Assembly (NCBI GenBank): GCA_951406725.2
Contig: OX597816.1
Coordinates: forward strand, 125,426,001-125,490,000
Length of the DNA stretch: 64,000 nt
Direction of reading: 5' to 3'
From: Octopus vulgaris
Taxonomy: Eukaryota
The notes under the pieces are model-generated. The model saw only the letters and a list, made by a program, of their open reading frames with translations, searched no databases and had not been told where the DNA came from. The translations under genes and the position numbers were made by a program. This document shows, in pieces, positions 11,974 through 24,323 of the stretch (the first letter of the stretch is position 1; the number at the start of each line of letters is the position of its first letter).

Positions 11974-12513
11974 AGGATGCCGGTTACATTACCACAGGTG
12001 GGACGAATATCATTCCAAGAGCAGCGGATGTGGTATGCAACTCTCCTTCTGAGGAGAGTTGGCCAGTTTAGTAGTGATAGATATTGAATGAAAAAATAGT
12101 TTGGAATGTAGGAAATGAGCCGTGGCTTGAAGAAAGTGTAATCTCATAGAGCAAGGTCTGGACTGTATGCTAAATAAAGCAACACTTCCAGCCCCTCAAG
12201 TTTCTCAAATTTATGTCCTAATGTTTAATCAAACACACCTGAAATAAAAATTTATTAATCTCTAAATAGGTGTTAATTTTCTAGAATATTAATACAAAGG
12301 GATAATGATACACACAAAATCTTTGATTACATGCTCCACAACTCAAATAAAAATATTTATCTGACCGATTGAAAGGTTTCTGTCACTACTCTTTTTTCTC
12401 TCAGCATCTATTAAAACTGGCCAACACTCCTCAGAAGGAGAATTGCGTACCACATCCACTGGCCAGTAGAATATTTGTTCCTCCTGTGGTAATCTAACCT
12501 GTACCCCCATGAG
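11967..12513. mobile_element. MITE-like segment with ~100-bp imperfect inverted repeats enclosing a mariner fragment
   Basis: 11968-12069 is a diverged reverse complement of 12413-12513. Interior has LEVL..AYSPDLAL*DY on the minus strand and a second copy of the 11943 TIR-like sequence at 12214-12240. Confidence 0.6.
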
Positions 12514-15439
12514 GTTATACTCTTTAGGAGATCAACTATTGAAATTTCTTTCCCAACCATGTGGATTATTTTAGCTCAAGTTTAGCTCCGATTCATCTGA
12601 TATATGATCAGATACATCCTGGCCAGGGTTGCTCCAATTTTACTCATGTTTCTTTCTGGGTTTACATTAAGTAGTGTGTCCTTTCTGCTTTTAAACCAGC
12701 CACACGAATTGAGATAACACTGGCCTGTACGTGTAACTACCTAATTTAAACATATAATATATAATTTTAACTAATTTCGGAGAGGTTACAAATTTCATGG
12801 CCACAGCCTTTTCCTTCTTGCAGGGGGTAATATAAAGAGCTAAGAATGATACCAAGAGAAAATTTATATACCATGAGAAAAAAAAATAATAAGTTACACA
12901 AAGTTACAGAAGAGGAGTTGAAATATTGATCAGGTAATTGTAATTTGCGAAGCTTGTGTTCTTGCACATTCTCCATTGGGCAATTTTACGCTATCTACTT
13001 TCTAAGCAATATAAAGGATTGATCAATACATTCTGTTACAAAATGCTCTTCATTACCAAGAATGATATCTTCGAAAGAAAAAATAATTAAATGATCTAAT
13101 GTTATTGGTATTAAATGGAAAATGTTTAAACCAAAGAGTTCTTCATACTATATTTCATACCGATAGATTGTTTCATAAAACGAAGAAATAGAAACAAAAG
13201 AGAAATATCAAGCAAATAACTTTAGTCGAATATTTCCTTAAGTGGATGCAATATAGAAAAACAAGAAAAAACAATGATTACACAAGGGAACTATAAAATA
13301 TGCTTAATAAAGCATTGCAGACGCTTTTTTGCCATTTGGAGAAAATAGCACGACAGGGAATTAAAACAAAAGAGGTTTTGTATTTAGTGATATTCAGGTA
13401 TTGCAGTGAAGTATAAATATAAAACTAAAAAAATATGACACAGATTGCGAGATACAGACACACACACTCATAAAACCAACGAGAGAAAGATGATAGAAAC
13501 AACAAAGAAATAAAACAATTCATATCCATCTCTTAAATGAGAGAGCTAGCAATCTAACGACTTGAATCATTATTTTAGTTTGTAAAAGAGAAACGTCCAG
13601 AGCTGATATTTAGACTTATTACATGTTGAGTAATTATCTAAAATTAGACACTAATTCAAACATGATATAGTAACTGGGAAGTTGTGACATTCATACATTA
13701 CTTATTGACATTAATGAAGCGAAATAGCTATTCAAATAGCGAATGGAAATTCGATTTCGGAGATCAATTGAAAATAAAATCAAATTTCACGATATTATGC
13801 GGAAATATTGATTTATTGACCCTGATTCAGATTAGTTGATTGTATCAACCCTCGTGTATGACTGACATTTATTTTATCGATTGAATAATCGTCTGCCAAG
13901 AAATTATAAAACATGCTATGCTACTAACAGCGGTACAAATAAATCACAGGAGGTTAAAATCATACTCCGTACAGGCAGAAATTTACAAAATTCGGTTTCA
14001 ACCGTTTCCACCAAAGCTTACATTAAAGCGTAACCTGTAATTCATTTGTCATTTCGAAATGGTTTACTTTTTTGATTTTGATATACTTTTTATTTACAAT
14101 TTGTGTTCAGATATCGAAACTTAGATTTATTCTATATTTATATATCTCTACAATGTTTTCTTATTCTGAATTTGATTTAAGTTTGCTGGAATTTATACAA
14201 AATTTGCTTATATATTACATATAATTTTAAAAGTTTTTCCTCTTCTAATAACATTCGCAGTAAACTAAAATATTTTTCGACAAATTAAAAAAAAAACATT
14301 AATTCCGTTTTGATAGATGCATTTAATTATTCAGCATCTATGGAAGTTGTTTCATTATTGAAACTTTTATTGGATTAAAGCCATCGGCATTTTATTAGTT
14401 TAAAGTAGCGCATTTTATATAATAAAAATTCCTTCAACATTGTTCCAATACATGTAAATACATAAAAAATTAACTTCGTGCTTTTACTCTGTTTCTGTAT
14501 CAATAATGAGTTTGCATTTGACATATTTAACAATATAAAAATATTTATTATGTTGTCGATTTCTTTTACTATTTTAGTCGTAAGCCATCAAAATATGCTG
14601 CTTTGTTGAAATATCTTCTGTGAAGAAGTAATATTTTTATGATGGATAGTAGCGCATATTTTAAGTAACTTCACTCTTTTTTCTTTATGATTAAAACTGT
14701 AAAAAAAATGCGTTCTTCCATAGAATCTACAAGTCGAGAAATCTTCATTCCATGCTAGTGTATTTCAGGAAGTTGATTTGTATGCTCACTTACAAGTGTT
14801 CATTTCTTAGTTGGATGTTGTAAAGTTAAGGTTTAATAGTTCATCTTGAGATATTCTATAACAATGCACAAGCTGTGTGCATAACTACTTGTGCATACAC
14901 TTAATACATAAGGTTCCAGTTTTAATATCTAATATAACAAAATAAAACTTACCGTCAACGTTGAAGAAATGTATGCCAGTTATTTTTAATTTACATTAGC
15001 ATTAAACGACCTTACAATTGGTGAATATAAAAACAAATAATCATAATAGATTTTGAAAATTTTTTGTCAATCAGGAACATTTCACTCTAATTAAATCTAA
15101 AGTATTGATTCTAAAATTATATATTTTCTCTCCATCATCATCTTTCAAATTGCTTCTTTCTTGTGATTTGCTTGCAGTATATTAGATAATAATTCCCTCG
15201 CCTATGTATCTAAAACCTATTTGTTTCAAATTCTCTTTAAGACTTATGAATTTTCACAGATGCATTCTGTTATGTTTCCAAATATCATGTGTGAAACAAG
15301 AGGACATCGTATAAAATTGTAAAAGGAAGAAAATTCTGGATAGCATAGCTTCTTTTTAAGTAAGATGGGCCTTGGGTTCCAAAGGTAATATGTGGAATTT
15401 ATCGATCTTCTCAGAAAAGATTGTTATTGTGTGCGTGAA

Positions 15440-16210
15440 AATTTATGCTCATAAATATTCCTACTGTATCGAGAGTGCAAAGGAATCATCTTAGTGACTG
15501 TTGCTATACTATTTTTAATGCTTCAAATTATAGGAAGGAGAAAAAACCAAGTTCTTCTGTATCCAAGATAAAAGTGCGTAATTTGACATGAAACTTTTAC
15601 AAGACTACTATTTACAGAAAAATATGCGCAATTTGCATTATACGTTGGTACTAGTAGAGATCTGATTTCTATGAAATATGTAAATGACTTGATTATTGCT
15701 GTAGGATCGAAGAATGACCTCAGGAATGGCGATTGGCCACACTTCATTTAAAATCTTAAAGAAGCAATTTTAATATACAGTGTTATCTAGTATCCACAAC
15801 TACCCCATACGCATCGGATAGAAGTGAAGGATGACTACCAAACAGCTATTTACAAAATTCAACAATACGGGATACTTCTGAGATGCTTACTTAAAGATTT
15901 CAAGATGATTGCATGTACGCTTCGCTTGCAACATGAACCTATTATGTATTGATATTTGTTTTGTTTTAAAGAGAAGATATGTTTACGCTCTTTACGCTTA
16001 GTGGCACCCTGCAGCAGAAATTATGTCAGGAACGTTAAATACTGCATTGCGTGGATGCAAGGAAAATGTGTTTACTCCTACTTCACAGAAAAATCAATTT
16101 GTAAAAGTTTTAGGCTTTAGAAGAAAAGCCTTTCAAGAAATTCCTTATCTTGCCAAAAAAGCTCTAATAACAAAATCAGGGATAATATATTTACAGGAAT
16201 TCAAAGCGTA
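15440..16210 (+). pseudogene. Possible decayed type II membrane protein gene (glycosyltransferase-like?)
   Basis: One frame reads KGIILVTVAILFLMLQII (TM-like) followed by ~110 codons with scattered stops, then IQQYG..DDCMY..YYVLI after a frameshift. Weak. Confidence 0.2.
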
Positions 16211-18123
16211 AATCATTATTACAGATATATTGTTCAATCAAGCATTCAAGTACTTGAATGGATAAGGAGAAAATGAAAAGAATTGATGTATATTTTCAGA
16301 TGTGCCTCATGGATATCTAAGGATATCTAAGACCCTAACTACTGGAAGCTAGTAGCAAGGCTTACTGAATGTTAAAAACATGTAACAACATAAGCTGTTG
16401 CATGCTTTTAACATCTGTTTCTAGCATTCGTATCTCGATTTATTCCTTAAAGTTTTTCACACATCATTGATGTGTGAAATACTGTACTGTAAATAAAAGA
16501 TTGTATAAATAACGTACGGAATTTTACATTAAAGTTTACAGAAAGAATAAAACATACGCAGACCACACATCTTTATGTATAAACATCATATAAAGCATAA
16601 GCTTTGTGTGATTAAAATCATTTCAGCTTTCTCATTTTCAACACCTAACTCTGTGTCTGTGAAAGCTCAAAAGTAACATTACGGTTTTTACAAAGAGGTC
16701 ACTTTACTTATTCGATCTATATTTATTGCCTAAAAGTGACATGAACTCCTATACGTATCACAAATTCTACATATCCTGGTCGCATCTATGAAACTATCTA
16801 AATTTAATGTTCCTTTACTCTGACCTACATTTAAACCTTTTTGTTCCATTTTTATCTACATTATAGCTTGTTTCTTGTCCTATAAATATACTACTAGTCA
16901 ACGCCACAACTCCCTATCATTTAGCACGTCCCACCACAAATAATCTTCATGAATGGATATTTTATTATCTTCTCAGATCGTGTTAACGTTAAAACTAATA
17001 ATGCAATCAAATATACATTTAAGGATATACAAACAAAATCACTTTCTAATAAAACTTATCAATAATAAAATACACATCAATTTCATTCCCGAGTCACTAT
17101 TTTGGTTCTAACTTTGAAGTAACAGTGAGGAATATAGATTCGGATTGTAAACAACTCTTATTTAAATTACATTTAGTTTGTTCCGTGCTGTTGAGATCAT
17201 CAATGGCTCTAAGGGTAAAACATTTTTCGCTTTTATTTTTAAGAGAACATATCATTATTTTCGTCTCCGAAGGAGTAAACTTCAGCGACGAAATATTTTA
17301 AGGCAATTGCATTAAAAATAAACACTAAATTTGTTGTTTAGACCCAAACTTATATAAGTATCTATTATTCTGTACATAAAAGAAGGTTTGAGCAGAGAAA
17401 ACGGAGATACTAAAAACGCTTAACGTATAATTTTCAAAAAATATTTCTCAATGTATAATTATTTTATAGGAACAGAGTGTTTTCTGCAAGTGGCAACGAT
17501 AATAGTAATTTAAGCAAATATACCTTGAAATATGTATATGTTTAGAATTGCAATGCAACAGAAATAATCTTTCACTTGTTTTGAAATTTTGCATGTTTCA
17601 TAAAACTCCAACATATACATAGACGCCAACATACATACATACATACATACATACATACATACATACATACATACATGCATGCAGCATGCATACATAATAC
17701 ATATATACACACATACGACGCAAACACACATCTCCGTAGTAGATGTGATTTCTTCTAAAATTTCCTATTAAGAAGATTGTAGAAACACCAATCGTTGATA
17801 TGTACACTGGATGGAATTACTGATAAGAAACACAATTTATTTAGAGTAATTATGCAAATCAAATTAGTAGCGAATTTTCATGAGAAAATATTTTCTATGA
17901 GAAATTTAGAAAATGCATAAGAAGAATTTTTTGGTATGTCATTAATTTTTTCAGTCTGTACAATGAATTTGTATGCAACAGTTCTGAAAAATCAAAATGG
18001 CTCTCACTTACAGAAACATATCTGCATAATTTTAAAGCGATTTGTGACGAAATATATTTATTTTTAATACATATGTACAGGCATATACATACATATATAC
18101 ACACACACACACATATATATATG

Positions 18124-18167
<44 letters not shown>

Positions 18168-18168
<1 letters not shown>

Positions 18169-18420
18169 CTCAAATTTATAGAAAACAAAAGACGAAGACA
18201 GGTGTAGGAACAACAAGCAAGCACGTGTATTAATTTAACGCTCGGGAAGAATGGAAAAGTCTTTGACAGAAATGATTAAGAGGGGACAAAACGAAGAGAG
18301 AAAAACGGCCCAGCATGACGAGATGATCGGAAAAAAAGAGGCTGAATGAAAGGTAGATAATTATAATAACAATAACGGTGACCACATCGAACAAAAGTGA
18401 ACAAGGGCATGTTCATGAGA
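18168..18420 (-). mobile_element. PLE pseudo-LTR-like insert between (TA)n tracts
   Basis: AAAACAAAAGACGAAGACAGGTG..TAACGCTC..AAAAGTC is shared with 22290-22470; the hammerhead-like segment is deleted here. Confidence 0.5.
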
Positions 18421-18422
18421 AT

Positions 18423-18458
<36 letters not shown>

Positions 18459-19499
18459 CATGTGTTTGTGAGGTACTTTCCGATTGTCCTGCCGAAATAA
18501 ATGCAAAATTGGGAGTAACTCCTTTCCTGTACAAAGGGACTACTCATCATGGTTTCCATCAGAAATTATGCGTTGGCCTCATTTTATTTAAACATAACTC
18601 TATCTATTGTTTATATCCAGGTTATTTTTCACAACCACTTCTACATTAAATTTGTTATCCAATTGTAGTATACGAAAACTGATTTTCATTGAGCCGAACA
18701 GGTAGAAATCGTGAATCGCAGGGGTCCGCTTGTTTTTACAGTGAATGGAGAACAGCTTGCTAACTAAACTACTGATTGCTTGATTTGGCTCTTGAACTTC
18801 TTAGAACCTGGAGAATGATTTACTTTATCAATAATTTAGTTATTCTTATGAGGCTTATAGTTATATATGCTAGGTACATTACTCATTCCACTGGATTTGG
18901 TTTTAATAAGATTAAATATCTTAAGGGTTGTGTAGAAAATATTTTATTGGTGGTCTTTAAAAGTTATATGTGGTCTATTACATAGTGGTTGTTCAACTCT
19001 GTCATATGACTAATTCAGTTGTTAGTTTTTAGACTTTTAGTTTTATTATGTGCTGATTACGTTGTTTCAAATTCTCCTATTGTTTGGATAATAATCAAAT
19101 GTATATGTCTCGATATTCGACAATTTATTGTCTCATGTAACAGCATAAGACTATTTCTGGTACCTTCAAATCGCTTATATTCCTAGAAGTCTGCAAAAGG
19201 TATTTCTAACAAGATTGAAACTGGTCCTCCTAAAAACGGTTGACTACTCGAATTCAATTCAAATTATACTAAAAGCTTGATACAAAGAGATAATGTCCGA
19301 TTTTCCATGTCTTATCGCCTTTTTACTGTATGTCTGATATTTTATCTTCAAAGAACAGTACATACACATGTGTGTGTGAGGGTGTGTATAATTATGTATA
19401 TATATATATATACGTATATATGTATATGTATATAAAAGTGTGTATGTATTATGTATGTCTGTATATATATTCATATATATATTTATATATATATATATA

Positions 19500-19720
19500 A
19501 TAAATATTAGGGAATAAATCCAAATTTACAGGGAAAAAATCAGATTTAGGATTAAATCCAATTTTATAGTAAAATATTATATAATATTATTAGAGACAAA
19601 ACCACTATTTTGCAATACAAACAAGGAAAGACTTAATCAATACATAAAATTTTATTAAAATTTTATGTATTGATTAAGTCTTTCCTTGTTTGTATTGCAA
19701 AATAGTGGTTTTGTCTCTAA

Positions 19721-19732
<12 letters not shown>
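19500..19732. repeat. (TA)n-embedded repeat fragment ending in a perfect 77-bp-arm palindrome
   Basis: 19578-19654 is the reverse complement of 19656-19732 (centre T at 19655). 19500-19580 matches 1441-1520 inverted. Confidence 0.9.
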
Positions 19733-19754
<22 letters not shown>

Positions 19755-20455
19755 CTAGCAGCTAAGCCCGGTTTCACCCGGTCGGTTTGGATGATGTAGC
19801 TGTAAAATCTGCTCTGTGTAAGCTTTTGATTTGTTTGAGCACGCTTACGTTAAAAAACAATTTTAGAATAAATTTTTTAAGTCAAAACGCTAAAAATAAC
19901 TGACTAACAGAAAAAAAACCAAGATTCAACCAAATCAAAAAACAAACCCAAATAGTAAGCGAACAAAGATGCCAAACATGAAGATGCAAAACAGCAGAAA
20001 CATAAAAAATAAAACAAAAATTAAAAGAAATAAAAAATAGGTCAAAAGTCCTAATTTAAAATTTTTAAAGGTAAAAAAAAACAACAGAAATTATAACTGA
20101 AAAACATTAAACACCTCAACCTCAATGCGAAATAGTACAAAAAATATAAAAACCAAAAGGAAAAAATCACCCATCTGAAACTGAAAAGCAAATAACTGAA
20201 ACACTACAAAGAAAGACTTTTCAAAAGGTCCCACTTCTATTGTACGCGCACACGCACAGACACGCGCGCACATTCACATACCCCTCTTTTACATACACAC
20301 ACATATATTGACACAGTTGAAACGCTGTTTCATTTATTTTTCAGCGTACTATTTTCATCCTTCCACTACCAAGTATGATATTATCCCTTCATACCTTATT
20401 TATCTATCACCCCTTCCTTTCTCATTCACAAACACAAGAGTATTATTATAGTAGA
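19755..20455 (-). mobile_element. Non-autonomous Helitron
   Basis: Minus strand starts A|TCTACTATAATAATA and ends with a CCGG-gtgaaa-CCGG hairpin followed by CTAG|T. Inserted between A and T with no TSD. Confidence 0.75.
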
Positions 20456-20459
20456 TCAT

Positions 20460-21300
20460 CTCGGTAACCATGGGTGCTATGAAAAACTACAAAGCCCAGC
20501 AACACCACCGGATCATTCTACACGTTTGTGTATATTTTTACGCAATCCCAACCATAGTAAAAAAGGTTGTGTGTATTTACCTACAGTGTTTTGTAATAGA
20601 ATCTGCTCTAATTCTCAAAATACTTGTAAGTTTTAGTTGTTTATGAGTGAAACTCTTTATGAGATATAGAGTTGCTACAATGTTAAAAATATCACCAGAT
20701 TCCTCCAGGGTTTCAACTATATTTTCGGTTAAAACTGCTGTTCGTTAATGCATTGTTACATTGACGTGGTAAAAAATATATTGAAAACCCACGTAGGATA
20801 TAACGAGGAAATTGCATGGTTTAATCCACGTCATTATTGTTAACACTACTATTGAGAAAATACTTCTAAAACTTGTACATTTCCATTTTCCCATTGCACC
20901 TAAATATAGAAGGAATTTCAGGCTCAAGACACCAACAATGCTACCTTTAGATTTGCCATCTATCAATATTAGGAAAATATCGAATAATAAAAATTATTGT
21001 AGCTGCAATAATAGCAGCAACCAACCAAATGTAAATAGTTTGAAATGGTATTAATTTTTGCAATTAAATCTAAAGTAAATCAGAATGGTTTTCATCATAG
21101 CTCTTTAAATACAAACCCATCGAAATCTCATAAAGTTTCATAAACCAACAATTACAGAAATTTTAGAATCACTTAGCAAAGATATGATCCCACACTAACC
21201 ACTAATATTTGGTATCGGCAGCTTGAAAACTTCCGTGAATTGAGATGCTATTTCTTATATTACGTTCATAGCTATCAACTACAGGACACCGACTTTAGTT
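20460..21300 (-). pseudogene. Decayed class A (rhodopsin-like) GPCR, TM3-TM6 region
   Basis: In order, with frameshifts and stops: VGSYLC*VI (ECL1/TM3), IYIWLVAAIIAAT (TM4), FRSIFSIVVLTIMTWIKPCNFLVISYV (TM5), TCRMI/VVLLGFVVF/IAP (TM6), cut by the Helitron. Confidence 0.45.
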
Positions 21301-21960
21301 TGAATACACTTGCAAAAACTTGTCATACACTAGAAAAAGCGCTAAAACACCATACATCAGTGTCGTTTTTACACACATGAGAGAATAGCTATTGTAATTT
21401 TTATAACCAACATATATAAAACCAGTCGCCAGTTATCAACTAGGATATAATTATGGTGACGTTAAAATAAGTCCACATCCCCAATAAGTCCCGTATTCTT
21501 ATCTACCTATCTATCAGTATTTATGTATATATATTTATATGTATATATGTATGTATATGTATTCATATGTATGTGTATGTGTGTGTGTTGTGGAGGGATT
21601 CCGACCACCACCCGAGTAACTAAAAGTGGACTGACTCATTGTTATAAATTAAAGAACTGTGAGAGATTGGCAGTTAGGGTTGGTAAGCAGTTCACTGTGA
21701 GCCGTGATTAAGAGCGTTGAGTGTCATGTATTATGTCCCTTAACATCTATAAGTAATAGGAGTGGTTGTCCTTTTTTAATTAGATGATTTACTCTTCCGC
21801 CAAACCACGTGACGGTATAATCGTCTTCAGACTCGAATTTTCTACACCAGAAATATTCCGGCTTTGGCTTGAATCCCGACAGTGTTGATAGCCCAGTATT
21901 CGAGTTGAGTGCTTCTCTGGAAATACTCCAACTTCACACCCAGCTGATTTTAGCCATTTG

Positions 21961-22000
<40 letters not shown>

Positions 22001-22024
22001 AACCCTCTGTTTATACTTTCTACC

Positions 22025-22214
22025 ATATTCGTTTGTTTCAGTCATCTGACTGCGGCCGTGCTGGACCACCGCCTTTAGTCGAACAAAGCCTAGTACTTAT
22101 TCTATCGCTCTCTTTTGTCGAACTGCTAAGTAACGGGGACATAAAAACACCAAAATCGGTTGTCGAGCGATGGTAAGGGATAAACACAGACACACAAACA
22201 CAAACAAACACACA

Positions 22215-22288
<74 letters not shown>

Positions 22289-22636
22289 CAGAGAGTTTAC
22301 GAAAAAAAACAAAAGACGAAGACAGGTGGTGTACAAAACAAACAGATGTATTAGTATAACGCTCAGGAATAGAAAAAGTCTTTTACGTTTCGAGCCTACG
22401 CTCTTCTACAGAAAGGGACACAGAAAAAACAAGAAGAGAAACAAGGAGAGAAAAAAATGTATGTAGTGGCTAACGATGGGTTTCTTTCAGTTTCCGTCTA
22501 CCAAATCCATTCAGAAGGCTTTGGTCGGCCCGAAGCTATAATAGAAAACAATTGGCCAAGGTATCACGCAGTGGGACCGAACCAGGAACCATGTCGTTGG
22601 TAAGCAAGCTACTTACCACGCAGCCACTCCTGCGCT
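22025..22636 (-). mobile_element. tRNA-headed SINE with internal (TG)n, carrying a PLE-type insert at ~22290-22473
   Basis: Head GCGCAGGAGTGGCTGCGTGGTAAG..GGTTCGGTCCC. Body and tail are homologous to 37412-37866 and 35000-36145. Confidence 0.82.
22380..22415 (-). ncRNA. Non-canonical minimal hammerhead-like motif
   Basis: CTTT-CTGTAGA-A-GAGC gtag GCTC-GAAA-CG-TA-AAAG. Topology fits PLE minimal hammerheads, but the core is CUGUAGA rather than CUGANGA. Confidence 0.4.
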
Positions 22637-22766
22637 TAGGGTTAAAAATATTATGACTAGGACATTTTTATCTATTATTTTCTAAAATCTCATAAACCAA
22701 CATCAATAACTATTAAAACTTTTAATCTATCTGCATATGCATATGCACCTAAAAAAACTCCATGTA

Positions 22767-22809
<43 letters not shown>

Positions 22810-23129
22810 TATCCAAAATCTTATAAATATACTTCACTAGTAAAACAAATGATAATTTTTCCTCATGATAAAACACTATGAATAGAAATTTAACTACACG
22901 AACAAAGGGAGATTACTCGTTATTACAATTACAGAAACAAGAAAAACGTAACGGATTATAAAACCTACCCCATGTTTTTAAGATGTTTTTCGCATACACA
23001 TGTAAATTCCTCTTAAGTAAGTGCACTAGGTGCTGTTATCCAATGGGCGCAGAAACATAACATGCCACTGAATGAGAACATGTTTGAGTTAATCCACCTT
23101 GGTAAAGAGGCTGCATTTAAACACCATAT

Positions 23130-23520
23130 ATTCTTCCTTCAGGCGAACACCTCATGGCATCAAACACCACTAGGGACCTCGGTGTGACTGTCGACGATAA
23201 CTACGCACATCACAATACTAAGACAGAACTACTTCTCAACTGGACCTGCTCTTTTTAACATCATTCCCAAACATATAAAGGAGAAAAAAGATTTCATAAC
23301 CTTCAAGAAGTTCCTGGATGAATATCTCCAACAAATCTCAGATAAACCACCTACATTCGGATATACTGCTGCAAACAACGTCTCTTAAATCGAATGGGCA
23401 AAGGTGCCTAAAAATAACTATACAAAAATACATAACTAAATGTCTTTTCCAGGTGGTGCTATTAAGTTAGGTATGCCCTGGGCCAATGTGGCTGAAACCT
23501 GTCTAAGCATCTAAGTAAGT
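23130..23520 (+). mobile_element. CR1/L2-group LINE 3' fragment
   Basis: RDLGVTVDD, GPALFNIIP and FKKFLDEYLQQISDKP, followed by a 3' UTR ending in CTAAG/TAAG repeats. Confidence 0.75.
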
Positions 23521-23559
23521 TTGTAGTTTTTGTATGTATATTATTTATATTATCACATT

Positions 23560-24289
23560 CGATCGACTGAGAAAGGAAACCATCAGGAATATAGCCAGCG
23601 TCTAGTGATTTCCTCCAAGGAATGGCTAGGGGAAATGTGAGGTGGTGACGGCATACTTTCAGAACTTTAGAACTTCAGCTGAGTTGTTTGCAATTTTACT
23701 TATAGCTGCTATGATATCTAGGACACCAATTGATATATCACGCAGGGTGTGCTCAGGGTTTGATTCATCAATGCTGTTTAGATTTATCGTATCCGGTTTG
23801 CTAAAAGCGGAGCAGTATTGCTTCTGCAGAATCTCAACCAGGCCCTCTGTACCACTTTTTACTGTGTTGTTTTCATCAGTGAGAGGTCCAATAGATGAGA
23901 CTGCAACCTTATGCTTTTTAGCGAATGAGAAGAACACTTTCGGGGTTGGCTTTTATTTTATCAATGGCCCAATTCTCTTCTGCTTTTCTTTGATCGTCAA
24001 TAACATTTTTCAAACAGTTTTGTAGATGGTGTTTCCTTGATTCTAGCGAGTTTATATCCGCCACATGGGAGTGTTGCAGCTGGCAATATTTTAGCCGGTT
24101 GATATTTTTTTTATTCGTTCTCTTTATCTTTCGTATGAATGATTTTCTGGGACGTGTTAGTCTGTATTTTGCTTTGTTCGTGGACCATAGTGGAGTGTTG
24201 TGTAGATATATGTTTGTGACAATGTTCATAAATAGCTGCCATGATGAATCAATGCGTCTTGGAATTAAGGAGTCTGTGAAAGACCAATC

Positions 24290-24323
<34 letters not shown>

